IMG/VR virus record: IMGVR_UViG_3300032220_000872
Span: 1-64,000 of that record
DNA: 64,000 bases
Source of the DNA: a virus
Strand: one strand, 5' to 3'
Shown piece after piece: positions 30,201 through 37,793 of this stretch. The notes beneath the pieces were generated by a model. That model made no database searches and was not told where the DNA came from. It saw only the letters and a program-made list of their open reading frames with translations. A program made the translations under genes and the position numbers. Position 1 is the stretch's first letter; each line of letters begins with the position of its first letter.

Positions 30201-32907
30201 ATTGTACAGTGAATATGTGTACAACAATGAAGAAAACAACAGTTTGTCATATTTGAGAAACAAAGGTTTTGTAACATTTAATCAGCCTCCAGCATTGGGC
30301 AGTGCAATTCAAATACAGTATGAAATAGATTCCAATGTGTTACAAACACAGGATAGAGTAAATCTACTGTATGAACCCACCACAGGACAGTTAGGTCAGG
30401 ATCTGGCTCAATTGATTGATGGTATAGACTACGGTGGAGTAGAAGTGCGCAGTTTGGACTTTGGCGGTGGCACAGGTTGGGACGCAGAACCTTATTTCAC
30501 CACCACTTGGGATACCTATGACACCACATATGAAGATGAAGTGTTCAGATTGGATGGCAGCACCAATACTTTTGTTTTGAGTCAACCATTGGCATCAGGA
30601 GTCAATTATAACATTTACAAAAACGGCGTAAGAATAGACGATCCTAACTATGGCACACCTCAACCAGTGACCAATCCTAATGCGCTGATGAAAACTATTG
30701 TGGGTGATGGCAGTACCACCGTGATACAGATTGACGAGCAAGTGATAACCACAGTGGCCAATGATTTAATTGTGATACGCAAATCCACCAGTGATGGCAG
30801 TTTCTTACCTGATCCAGATGCTTACGACACATTATTGTCAGGTGGTAACTTGGCCTACAGCACAGCAACAGGAATTTTAGCACAGGACATCATTGTGGAT
30901 GGTGATGGGTTTGTGACACCTACCACCAGCAAAGGACCAGAAGAGTTGGTTCCTGGACAGGTTTTAGACACAGTGGACATACAGGTGTATGACAGATCAG
31001 GTGAAACTGGTAGCAGAATCAACAGTTACAACTACAAAGGTGATGGCAGCACGGCTGTGTTTGCTATAGACTCATTGCCACAAAGTCAAGAAGGTGTGTT
31101 TGTCAAAGTGAACAATCAGATATTGGATAATTCAGCATTCACCACAAACTTTGCCAACAAAACAGTGGTATTAAACAGTGTGCCAGCCAACAATACTCAA
31201 ATCAATATCATCACTATGAGTATCAACGGTGAAAAAATTGTGGACACAGATGTGTTCACTGGTGATGGCAGCACATTTATATTTGTGACCAGAGCTGTGT
31301 ATGACGTTAATCAAATTTCTTACGTCAAAGTAAATGGACAATTTGCAACTTATGTTACAGAGGCTACTGACAGTGGTTATCAGTATGTGAATAGAACATT
31401 GATAAAATTTGCAGTGCCTCCAGCAGTGGGCAGCGTGATCACTTATGTGATCTACAACAGCACTAGCAAATCATTCAGTGAAGTGACTTATGATGATTTC
31501 ACTGGTGATGGCAGTACTGCTGTGTTTGCACTGAGTACAACTCCTTTCAATCAAGAACCACTCACACACAATGTGATAGTGAAAGTGGGCAATAATATAT
31601 TGAATGCTGGCTACAACGAAAGATTTAATGTTACTGCTTTGAGAGAATATGCTCTCAACAGTTGGCAACAACCTTTTGGCACAGTGTTGTACACAGATGT
31701 GCGAGTATTTTTAAACGGAGTAGAACTAGTCAGTCCTCAGTACACATGGAACAGTCCTAACAGCAGCGTGATTCTAGAAGCTGGTGTGGGCACAGTGGGT
31801 GATGTTTTAAAAGTGTATGTGATTTCAGATGGAGACTACACAGTGGTGGGTGATGTTTTAACTTTAGACACTGCTCCAACATTAGGTCAAACAATAAAAG
31901 TTTGGCAGTTTACCAATCATGATGTTTTAGAAATAGAACGTATCAACTATGATATTATTGCCAGAGACACTGTAGTAGTCAACACAGAAAATTATTTTGA
32001 ATATCAAAATCTTACCAATGGTATTGTAAGATTAAGACAGAGCGCAGCAGATGCACAGTATGTTTGGGTTTCAGTGAACGGTGTGATGTTGTCTCCTAGC
32101 GTGGATTACAAAGTTTCCAATGATCAACAATATTTAAAAATTAAAAAAGTTCTACAACAGAATGATGTGTTGGACATTGTGCATTTTACAGCACCCAAAT
32201 ACACAACAAAATTTGGATTTAGACAGTTCAAAGACATGTTGAATCGTACCACATACAAACGTTTGGGCAATGATAACAAATATTTCCTTGCTCAAAATTT
32301 AAATTGGAGCAGCCAAGAAATATTTTTAGATTCCACAGAAGGATTAACTGAACCCAATGTGAATTTGGGCAGACCTGGAGTGTTGTTTATTGAGGGTGAA
32401 AGAATTGAATATTTCTTAAAATACAGCAACAGAGTGGGTCAATTAAGACGAGGCACATTGGGCACTGGTATTAAGTCCACTTATGCTGCAGGCACTGAAG
32501 TTTTTGACCAATCAGCGTCGCAAACTGTGCCATACAAAGATGAAATTATCACTGAAATATTCACCAGCGATGGATCCACAGAAAATATCACTCTCAGCTG
32601 GATACCTCAATCGGTGAACGAGTTTGAAGTGTTTGTGAATGGTAGAAGATTGAGAAAAAACAGCATCAGCAGCTACAATGCCACTTTGGGCATGGATAGT
32701 CCTGAAGCAGATGTGGTATTACCCGCTGAATTCAGTGTGACGGGCACAACCACTACCTGTACTTTGTTGGTAGCACCACCAATAAATACCAAAATTATAG
32801 TGGTGCGCAAAATAGGCAAACTGTGGAATACGGACACTCCTTTAAGCCAAACTGAGAATGACATAGCAAGATTCTTACGAGCAAAAGAAGTGAGTTTGCC
32901 GCAATAA
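18214..32907 (+). CDS. Giant virion structural protein (4897 aa), gp7-position baseplate wedge/appendage
   Basis: Uninterrupted 14.7-kb ORF after gp6. Starts with LLPRYFRT. Contains FG-GAP-like propeller repeats, W/Y...Y..GD.V.Y repeats, N.GSGY repeats and C-terminal GDGST repeats. Confidence 0.75.
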   Translation: MAYDNNQEESALPIGSDNSTDRKSSNLLPRYFRTPTNNKFLYSTLDQLLNPGTVQKISAFYGRKTAKAFVPNDSYIEEVSDDRQNYQLEPVVVRRDNLNNVVFYKDYVDYINQIKSLGGNVDNHSVLNAQEYYSWNPNIDWDKFVNFREYYWLTYGPDPITITGLQQQVQSTYTVTLSDNQDNYAYLLTPDGQTVNATITLYRGITYRFEINTPGLPFTIKTARTLDEDFLFAESPNGVSDQNIEQGVITFVVDQNTPDTLYYVAANDINAYGLIQVANIEENSEIDVEKEIIGKKDFTLNNGIALSNGMKVNFKGNVTPAKYAQNDWYVEGVGKSIQLINEQDLAVPNDIADENLDQFDDAEGFDRATYDIDDTAADQKDYITIKKNSLDRNPWSRANKWTHKSVLQAVATYNGVTLDVDETLRAKRPIIEFDAGLKLHRFGTFAKQYVDVVDTFTTDVFSDIEGATGYNVDGVDLVDGMRILVTADTDVLVKNRIFQVNIINFGGDGDPTNKQISLTEPTDSQPLENEVVLILSGQANQGKMFYYNGATWQEAQAKNTVNQAPLFDVFDDEGESFSNAAKYFSTNFLGNKVFSYRVGTGTADTELGFALSYRNVNNVGDIVYDFNLLKDSFSYQLENEIVDQSTDVGFLKQYSDRTTFENVHGWTKAKSFSKQMVIRQYLGSEQTNDFAVDVYDRSGTLSDLILKVYVDNKLLNASNYETVSINDILYVQLDLDLNSDQSIILKTHSSAVKNSNGYYEIPINLESNPLNANLNDFTFGEVVNHVDSIIEQLDSFVGINPGANNLRDLGNLTAYGTKFVQHSAPINLALYHITEKQNNVIKSVAFAQKEYDKFKKTFLQVAENSGFSGTTREHVDKIMHIINEDKNNNMPFYFSDMIPYGAAKKLSFTVFDDSNIYFALSRGFSMSTLSTKAVQVYLNGEQLYHGIDYTFNTDGFCVISKALVVNDVVEIFEYESTVGNHVPPTPTKLGLYPKYKPEIYTDNTLLDPVEVIQGHDGSIMVAYDDYRDDLLLELEKRIYNNIKISYDKDIRNIFDFVPGENRNTGYNINNINQSMSADFIRWNSMAGTLDYTDNFFYDSADNFTYNHSHMLSFAGTPLPGFWRAIYKQAYDTDRPHSHPWEMLGFSEQPTWWNQVYGPAPYTRDNLILWEDLQAGVIREPGKKLVYDSRYKRTDLLKHLPVDEDGALLSPINSNYAKNLIITLSDDQFKYGDQAPVETAWRRSSNYPFALLKSMLLNRPAHTMGVNFDASRIQKNIADEIVYTDTKKRITLSDLAFPNSRTDENLILTSGLINYVSNYIKTDVLSNYTDYQTALKGLTQQLGFKVKGFTEKEKFKLLLDSRSPLNKSNVFVPDENYDIHLNTSSPIDVLVYSGVIVEKLPAGFLVKGYDLTSPQFKYFAPLRKQDDPVKRVGGVSQSFIKWISDKVYTAGQIVQYQNQFYQTKIDHLSASKFDVTKFTKLVSLPMEGGVTAVFSRNFEKTTSVMNYGTVLPTQQEVVDFILGYAKYLESKGFVFDNFNRDINTVENWNLSAQEFMFWTTQNWKEGAVLSMSPSANKLKLQTSYSTADNVFDNFYDYAVLKADGTKIARDKLSVVRQNNDFTLSVKNTSDGIYFVKIPLIQKEHVVLIDNVTVFNDVIYDQAPGYRQDRIKVIGYVVSDWNGSLNIPGFVYDEVKIREWQAFTDYNMSDVVKYKQFYYSANDHITGSSTFKDSEWSQLTEKPVSSLKPNFEYKTNQFGDFYDLDTDNFDVEQQKLAQHLIGYQKREYLQNIINDDVAQYKFYQGFLQDKGTKNALEKLFNSLASANKDSIEFYEEWAIRTGQYGAAKGFDEVEYLLDETQFKLNPQPIALTNSPNPTDPDFVYRIKSDQTYLTSENYTHNPFPLKTNSEEYIKTAGFVDPADVNFVLKNYDEILNINTAELKFDQYVWIGFYKQSWQVYKHVKTEYKVLTVSEANNLVTVTTNLYSNVNVDDIISVTIPQQNSVQLFKVKSVALDQIVCHKNGNTVLTANDGSSYGYLGRFVSNKIANLELINVKASEQQGFKDNDLFWVENNNQGDWVTLKNKKVYAQHQDIANFNTVSDGTYGTAVAVDSSNNIMVVSDLNLGIYVYKRESDAGQFTLRQVIDPPQNIWTGTADFGAALDISPDGKYIVVGAPKASNVKTYYKGAYNSSTAYDVGDIVQHNEQLWQVSNPVLGADPSVDFTTFDAASFWSEAEFDVSENEYPVIKQMITGNYTFVGVGADHILIRASTDQYRGSAVGDTLVLYWNNLTTEYPTGNTPFNGTATGIDKTFIDGAHTIQEKVDEIISIDLLIITPTVGDTLSTDDAVGTVSYIFTQGTQAIIYLSNVEGNLADADQIRLGPIPVGDYVREITEDYDSVAGWWKIDVSSPGTTSGQTDSKRSLVVRDIIKAGDPRTAFLYFNSLDTQLSQSVLPTIITPASQLSILTYDKQFTIPGYSAFTGTIDDNRYLIRAPKAMSDVLPTATYDEVGVWFNTIQTGAPLSVIEPTALDLPFEDLNGVKEIIDVWNGFLRVLAQPDGLGTFYVPTVGDTVQDDATGSQAEVTYVKVVGFNILQIYVKNKTGSFSAGTDFGAPVNLTLIGTPNRTVGVIQRSELEDSVVGSLFVFDHGSALAPTSSSAYHYLNGLEYYLYQDITQDGVSRSASVPSSVNRDYTQVFNIPAGLGYPSAFTNQGLFLVYERLTNGNYVLNSSYTVPEQDNNTQLGSKIILRQKDAVTTLYVSSTVTVTDSGKIYFIKKSSTQNWHLSVDPHYTGLFDPSRVYYTNDLVAYNDVIFKSLTNQGPGAFIATFWEEQPEGIDYLGFVPHNPTDDSTPTLMGDSTVNINQLQNFGYTFDVNDSGSVLAVSVIDFIDSSTPTQNKVVVYRLVSGRYQYSQTLTSPDSGEDNTEFANRVAISGDGMFIAVGSPQADQVTTDAGVVYVFKQVNGVYVNTQTLTSPQPQTTEKFGTNLDFDGDTLIISSLNGDMEINFSLDNNVTYFDAGATTFNSKILDTGSVYVYENYNDVMIYADEFSVNDQDLTNFGKNVKIVDNHVYVSLPNYLNNIGSPMTEGLIFNFRKPHQSKTWTAHKSPIGAVDISKIKEIFLYNTKNKKLLQRLDYIDPVQGKIAGIAEQELYYKTSYDPAVYSIGTAGLSADAKNSWGSEQVGRLWWDLSTVKFYLANQNNIIFATNYWNKIFPGSSVDVYEWVESKYLPQEWNTLSQNNTLAAVSAGISGTTKYNNSVYVVKQVYDFISNSFSNKYYYWVKNKKTLPNVEGRKLNAYDVSRLIEDPRKQSYRFVALLSTNQFAVNNVSTLLENKDVAINFKVWTIANQNINIHNEYQLISDGVSYSRPKTEIESVWFNSLIGYDEQFRPVPDENLSAKYRYGTLRKPRQGWFVNRIEALKQVIERINSICKKNLIAYTYDISRLSELEDAPSTITRLYDLTKDTFADLAFVGTANVEQAVLNPIIVEGKIVDVFIANPGRGYRVVPTYKITDPNQSGSGAEFTLEINLSGQITSVTVNKQGNNYSTNTRIEVRKFSVLIQSDSVINGKWSVHSWDDAAEEWQRILSQSYNVNQYWNYVDWYMDGYNQFTEIDHNISDSYKLQLLDDDIGDIVKIETVGTGGWLLLEKIDNQENVDYTINYKTIGRQNGTIQFSSALYNFAQSTVGFNSTSYDVSIYDNQPITETRIILETIRDYIFVDELETEYNQLFFASLRYVFSEQSSVDWAFKTSFVKGKHNVGELLQKTLYRNDNLENYQDYIDEVKPYKTKVREYISAYESIDNSSTSVTDFDLPATYNPVTKKIEVSYAKVINNQIVGSNLTDAYPNKHWLDHVGFKITEIKIFNGGSGYLGIPVITITGGGGTGATAQAFVTNGRVTKIKLINQGSGYVSAPTVTIQGTLNTNGVQAKAVAILGDSLVKSTHIRVKFDRTTGTLLITNLNRTENFVGTGNRLKFQLKWPINLRSNKISVTVNQRTALYSEYVYNNEENNSLSYLRNKGFVTFNQPPALGSAIQIQYEIDSNVLQTQDRVNLLYEPTTGQLGQDLAQLIDGIDYGGVEVRSLDFGGGTGWDAEPYFTTTWDTYDTTYEDEVFRLDGSTNTFVLSQPLASGVNYNIYKNGVRIDDPNYGTPQPVTNPNALMKTIVGDGSTTVIQIDEQVITTVANDLIVIRKSTSDGSFLPDPDAYDTLLSGGNLAYSTATGILAQDIIVDGDGFVTPTTSKGPEELVPGQVLDTVDIQVYDRSGETGSRINSYNYKGDGSTAVFAIDSLPQSQEGVFVKVNNQILDNSAFTTNFANKTVVLNSVPANNTQINIITMSINGEKIVDTDVFTGDGSTFIFVTRAVYDVNQISYVKVNGQFATYVTEATDSGYQYVNRTLIKFAVPPAVGSVITYVIYNSTSKSFSEVTYDDFTGDGSTAVFALSTTPFNQEPLTHNVIVKVGNNILNAGYNERFNVTALREYALNSWQQPFGTVLYTDVRVFLNGVELVSPQYTWNSPNSSVILEAGVGTVGDVLKVYVISDGDYTVVGDVLTLDTAPTLGQTIKVWQFTNHDVLEIERINYDIIARDTVVVNTENYFEYQNLTNGIVRLRQSAADAQYVWVSVNGVMLSPSVDYKVSNDQQYLKIKKVLQQNDVLDIVHFTAPKYTTKFGFRQFKDMLNRTTYKRLGNDNKYFLAQNLNWSSQEIFLDSTEGLTEPNVNLGRPGVLFIEGERIEYFLKYSNRVGQLRRGTLGTGIKSTYAAGTEVFDQSASQTVPYKDEIITEIFTSDGSTENITLSWIPQSVNEFEVFVNGRRLRKNSISSYNATLGMDSPEADVVLPAEFSVTGTTTTCTLLVAPPINTKIIVVRKIGKLWNTDTPLSQTENDIARFLRAKEVSLPQ

Positions 32908-32932
32908 ATACACTGTACAAAAGGATAATGTA

Positions 32933-33544
32933 ATGAACAAACTGAATGAACACAACGGCACGCTGATACAAGGACACATCAAAATACACGACCCTAAAAC
33001 GGGCGAAATATTTGTCAACAAACGCAACGCCATACACTATGAAAACATGAGCATAGCATTGGCAGAAAGTTTGGCCAATGAAGGACAAGGATTTATCAAC
33101 TCTATGGTGTTCGGTACAGGTGGAACCTACATTGACCCCACAGGTATTGTGACCTATCTTACTCCCAACAGCACAGGGACTAATGCCACATTATACAATC
33201 AGACATTCAGTAAAGTGGTAGATGACAGATCAGTCAGCAACACAGATCCAGTGAGAAACAAAATTGAAACACGTCACGTGAATGGAACCAATTACACAGA
33301 TATTTTAGTCACGTGTTTGTTGGACTACGGTGAACCCAGCGGTCAAGATGCTGTGGACAATGCCACAGGCACAGAAAGTTTGTATGTGTTTGATGAATTA
33401 GGATTACAAAGTTATTCTAGTTCAGGCACAGGAAGATTATTGACACACGTGATCTTTCATCCAGTGCAAAAAAGTTTAAACAGATTAATTCAAATAGATT
33501 ACACAGTAAGAATACAAAGTTTATCAGGTTTTAACGAGGTTTAA
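32933..33544 (+). CDS. Virion structural (baseplate) protein
   Basis: Located in the baseplate operon. GHIKI.D......NAIH, FDELGL and LLTHVIFHPVQKS.NR...I.YT resemble tail-collar/baseplate-anchoring proteins. TAAATA and AGGA upstream. Confidence 0.6.
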   Translation: MNKLNEHNGTLIQGHIKIHDPKTGEIFVNKRNAIHYENMSIALAESLANEGQGFINSMVFGTGGTYIDPTGIVTYLTPNSTGTNATLYNQTFSKVVDDRSVSNTDPVRNKIETRHVNGTNYTDILVTCLLDYGEPSGQDAVDNATGTESLYVFDELGLQSYSSSGTGRLLTHVIFHPVQKSLNRLIQIDYTVRIQSLSGFNEV

Positions 33545-33547
33545 CGG

Positions 33548-35572
33548 ATGTCTTACACAGTTAATAGAACAGACGTGGTCAACAACGGCACAATCACAGT
33601 TGATGACGGCACGGTGAATCAACAGACCAGTTTGTCTTTGCCTGGACGTAATACCACATCGTATGGTACCATCATAGCAGAAAATTTTATACATCTTTTA
33701 GAAAATTTTGCCAAGAACACTGCTCCTGTGAACGCCATTGAAGGCCAATTATGGTATGACACCACAGTGGGTGTGGATCAATTAAAAGTTTATGACGGCA
33801 CACAGTGGGTAGCAGCAGGCGGATTAAAAAAAGCACTCACTCAACCAGCAGCTGGAGAGAGCGTGGTGGGTGACCTTTGGGTGGACACAGACAATCAACA
33901 ACTGTATCTTTTCACAGGATCAGGTTGGGTATTGGTAGGACCAGAATTCAGTCAAGGATTAAGCACAGGAACCAAACCCTACACCATCACCGGCACAGAC
34001 AATTTAGAATACACAGTGGTATTGATTGAAGTTCAAGCCAAACCAGTGGCTATCATCAGCACCAAGGCCTTTACTCCCAAAGCTGCCATCACAGGATTTT
34101 CTGTCATACAACCAGGATTTAATCTCAGCTCTGCCAACATTGAAGGCTCAGGAGTGGGTAAATTTTATGGCACAGCACAAAAAGCTGAAGCATTGATTGC
34201 TGCCAACAATGAAGTGGTTTCAGGTTCAAATTTTTTAAGAAAAGACAAAGACAATATTGCTGATTTTTCTTTGACTATCAACAACAATGATGGTTTAGAT
34301 GTGGGCAACAGTGCCACACTGAACATTGGTATTGAAGGTCAAGCCGGCATCATCAGTCATAAAACTGCAGGAGCCAACATAGATTTTAGAGTGAATGATC
34401 AAGGTGTCACTCGCACAGTGATGAGAATAGATTCCACTACCAATGTAGGTATCAATAATTTAGCACCAGCTGAAGCATTAGATGTCACAGGCAATATCAA
34501 AACCAGTGGTGAACTGTATGTGGATGCAGTGACTGATGCCAACAGCGTGAGCACAGGTGCAATGATAGTGAAGGGTGGAGTAGGCATTGCAAAAAAATTA
34601 TATGTGGGAGATGATGCAACATTTCAAGACAACATCACTGCCAGAGACATCATGCCCAACAGCAACAATACCTACAACATCGGCACAGTCAACAATAGAT
34701 ATTTGAACATATATGCCAACTCATTTGTGGGCAACGTGGTGGGTAACATCACAGGCACAGTGAGCGGAGCATCTGGAACCAGCAACAAATTAACCAGTCT
34801 GACCACATTTGAAATGAGTGGTGATGTGAGTGCTCCAAGTTTCACATTTGATGGTCAAACAGGCGGCACAGTAAAAAGTTTTGTGACTTCGGTCAGCAAC
34901 AGTTTTATTGCCAGCAAAACTGCTCAAGCTAGTTCTTTATCCAGTGATGAATTTATTTTTAATAGAGTTTCAGGCACCACAGGAGTTTTTAAAATCAATA
35001 GAGATAATCTATTCAACGCCATTGCTAAAATACCCACAGGCAGCGTTTTCCCTTATGCTGGATCCTCAGCGCCAGCATATTGGCTATTGTGTGATGGATC
35101 AGAAGTGTTGAGATCCACTTATCCAGAATTATTTGCAGTGATAGGCACCAGCTTTGGTACACCTCCCAGTGGAGGATCTTATTTTTTACTGCCAGACATG
35201 AGAGGCAGATTGCCTTTGGGCAAAGACAACATGGGTGGCACCGGAGCCAACAGAGTAACTGCTTCAGCTGCAGACTCAGTGGGTGGATTTGGTGGTACAG
35301 AAAGCAAAGTTATTCCCATACAAAATTTACCTGAACACGAACATGATTTGCAAGGAGCAGCAGGTGCTCAATACTATGCTATTAGAGACGTGCCAGGCAT
35401 AGGCGCAGGCGAAGTCACAGCAATCACTTATGATGCTCCCACAGGTGCAGGACAAGGTTCAGCTATCGCTACCAGCGGTGGAGTGAATAATCCTACATTG
35501 GGTCAAGCACAAGACGTGATGAACCCTTATTTGACTATGAATTATATAATTTACACAGGACAAACACCATAA
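33548..35572 (+). CDS. Tail fibre/baseplate protein with a C-terminal tail-collar domain
   Basis: Shared fibre N-terminus (ENF.HLLENFA, GQLWYD). PTGSVFPYAG..AP..WLLCDG......YPELFAVIG..F.LPDMRGR collar motif. C-terminal NPYLTMNYIIYTG. Confidence 0.8.
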   Translation: MSYTVNRTDVVNNGTITVDDGTVNQQTSLSLPGRNTTSYGTIIAENFIHLLENFAKNTAPVNAIEGQLWYDTTVGVDQLKVYDGTQWVAAGGLKKALTQPAAGESVVGDLWVDTDNQQLYLFTGSGWVLVGPEFSQGLSTGTKPYTITGTDNLEYTVVLIEVQAKPVAIISTKAFTPKAAITGFSVIQPGFNLSSANIEGSGVGKFYGTAQKAEALIAANNEVVSGSNFLRKDKDNIADFSLTINNNDGLDVGNSATLNIGIEGQAGIISHKTAGANIDFRVNDQGVTRTVMRIDSTTNVGINNLAPAEALDVTGNIKTSGELYVDAVTDANSVSTGAMIVKGGVGIAKKLYVGDDATFQDNITARDIMPNSNNTYNIGTVNNRYLNIYANSFVGNVVGNITGTVSGASGTSNKLTSLTTFEMSGDVSAPSFTFDGQTGGTVKSFVTSVSNSFIASKTAQASSLSSDEFIFNRVSGTTGVFKINRDNLFNAIAKIPTGSVFPYAGSSAPAYWLLCDGSEVLRSTYPELFAVIGTSFGTPPSGGSYFLLPDMRGRLPLGKDNMGGTGANRVTASAADSVGGFGGTESKVIPIQNLPEHEHDLQGAAGAQYYAIRDVPGIGAGEVTAITYDAPTGAGQGSAIATSGGVNNPTLGQAQDVMNPYLTMNYIIYTGQTP

Positions 35573-37764
35573 TGAGTTACAAAATAAACAAAACAGATGG
35601 TACATTGTTGGTAGATTTGATTGACGGCACAATCAATACTGAATCAACTGATATCACACTGATTGGAAGAAACTACAAAGGCTTTGGTGAACTGATCAAC
35701 GAAAACTTTGTGAAGATGCTGGAAAATTTTGCTAGCTCATCTGCTCCAGCCAATCCTTTGCGTGGACAATTATGGTATGACACATCAGAAAGCAGATTGA
35801 AAGTTTACAATGGTACAGAATTTGCCACCAATGGTATTATTGTAGCCAGCACACAACCTAATTTAGCCACTGGAGATATTTGGCTCAACAGTCTCACCAA
35901 TCAGATGAGTTTCTTTGACGGCACTGATCTGGTGTTGGTTGGACCAGTGCATACTGCAGCACAAGGCGTGTCAGGATTTGTGTCACAAAGCATACTGGAC
36001 ACACAAAATCAAACCAAGACTGTGCTGAAATTTTTTGTGGGCAACACACTGATAGGTGTGTGGAGTGCTGCACAATTTACTCCAGTTTCTGCTCAATTGA
36101 TTACTGAATTAGTTTCAGGAAGTAATCCCACAGGCACAATCTATCAAGGATTCAACACCACTAATACAGCCTACAAATACAGAGGCATTGCCACACTGGC
36201 AGAAGGATTGATTGATGGATTAGGAACCACCATATTGGCTGATTCATTTTTGCGCAGTGATGCCAACGACATCACCACAGGCAGTTTAAAAATACAAAAT
36301 AATTCAGGATTGACTTTGGGATTGAATGACAGTCTTCAATTAAAATTTGGCAGTGTGACTCTGCCCAACACTAACATTATTGTGAGCAATGTGAGCAATG
36401 CTGATATCGCTATCAATGCTAAAAATCCTGCAGAATACACAGCCATATTTGTGGATGGCAGTGCTGCACGAGTGGGCATATTCAATACCACTCCTGCGTA
36501 CTCATTGGACATCACAGGAGATGTGAGAATACAAGGTAATTTAATCACCAGCGGCAGCAGCACAGCAGTCACAGCAGAAGATTTAAGAGTGGAAGACAAA
36601 ACCATTCAATTGGCCACCATCACTGGATCAGCCATAGGCAACGATGCCTATATAGATGGAGGTGGAATAATAATCAAGTCCACAGTGTCAGACAAATCAT
36701 TGTTGTGGGAAGATTCCACAGATTCTTGGAAAAGTTCAGAACATTTTAATCTAGCCACTGGCAAAGAATACAAGATCAATGGTACCAGCGTGTTGAGCAG
36801 CACCACATTGGGTGCTACAGTGATCAACGCTCCTGGTTTAACCAGCATAGGCACGTTGACCAGTTTGAATGTGGGCAATTTATCACTGTCAGGTATCACT
36901 ATCAGCGCCACAGGAAATTTACAATTACAAACCAGCACCAACATTATCAGCATACAAGGTTCAGCCCGAATCACTGGATTAGGTTTGCCCACTGCGGCTT
37001 CAGATGCCACCAGAAAAGATTATGTGGATGGATACTTGCCTATCAGTCTAGTGGCAGACATCACAGGATTTTCCGCATTGTCAAATGGAGTGAATGGCAG
37101 CATCATAAGATTATTGAATGATCTTTACCCAGTGGCTGGATATGCTGGAGCAGGATTAGGAATACCCGCAAGTGCCACAGGTAGAATAGCTAGAGTACAC
37201 ACAGTGGAGTCAGGTTCATTGAACGTGAATATTCCTGGAGCAAATTTAGAATCAGGATTAGATGAATCATTCACAGCAGTGGATCAAACATTGAGCACTG
37301 CTCCCAACACAGTGCAGACCATTCAAACTTATCTCAGCGGTGCAGCATTGTTGGATCCAGGACACATTAGAATTACCACCCCATCAGGACATTTTTATGA
37401 AGTGGGCAACACAGTGACCATTTCAGGTTGTAACGGATCAGGAGTATTTGCTCCCACAGGATTTGATGGCACATACACAGTGGCCAAAGTGATAGAAAAT
37501 GCCACTCCCAGCACACAATTTGACATAAACATTTCAGCCACTATACCCGGCATAGATTCAGTGTCAGGTGCACTGTACAACACCAGCAGTGCTGCTGTGG
37601 TAAGAACACCAGCTTTGGGCAATTCTAACAAAACTGTGCTGCAAGATATTGCTTTCAGTACTGTGACAGGTACTGTGACTGCTGTGGTTAACAGAGGTCT
37701 CAAACAATTCATAGTTTCAGGGGGTGCTTGGACTTTTCACAGCGATTTAACATCCACTGTGTAA
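35572..37764 (+). CDS. Tail fibre protein (paralog)
   Basis: Same N-terminal module (GRNYKGFGE..NENF..MLENFA...P..GQLWYD). VEDK.I.L and PT..SDATRKDYVD fibre motifs. Confidence 0.75.
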   Translation: MSYKINKTDGTLLVDLIDGTINTESTDITLIGRNYKGFGELINENFVKMLENFASSSAPANPLRGQLWYDTSESRLKVYNGTEFATNGIIVASTQPNLATGDIWLNSLTNQMSFFDGTDLVLVGPVHTAAQGVSGFVSQSILDTQNQTKTVLKFFVGNTLIGVWSAAQFTPVSAQLITELVSGSNPTGTIYQGFNTTNTAYKYRGIATLAEGLIDGLGTTILADSFLRSDANDITTGSLKIQNNSGLTLGLNDSLQLKFGSVTLPNTNIIVSNVSNADIAINAKNPAEYTAIFVDGSAARVGIFNTTPAYSLDITGDVRIQGNLITSGSSTAVTAEDLRVEDKTIQLATITGSAIGNDAYIDGGGIIIKSTVSDKSLLWEDSTDSWKSSEHFNLATGKEYKINGTSVLSSTTLGATVINAPGLTSIGTLTSLNVGNLSLSGITISATGNLQLQTSTNIISIQGSARITGLGLPTAASDATRKDYVDGYLPISLVADITGFSALSNGVNGSIIRLLNDLYPVAGYAGAGLGIPASATGRIARVHTVESGSLNVNIPGANLESGLDESFTAVDQTLSTAPNTVQTIQTYLSGAALLDPGHIRITTPSGHFYEVGNTVTISGCNGSGVFAPTGFDGTYTVAKVIENATPSTQFDINISATIPGIDSVSGALYNTSSAAVVRTPALGNSNKTVLQDIAFSTVTGTVTAVVNRGLKQFIVSGGAWTFHSDLTSTV

Positions 37765-37793
37765 GATAAATAAACTTGTAAGAGGAAAAAAAT

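Noticed and set aside
18214-32907. Intein in the giant protein
   Set aside because: No C-x...HN-[CST] splice junction or LAGLIDADG motif recognised.
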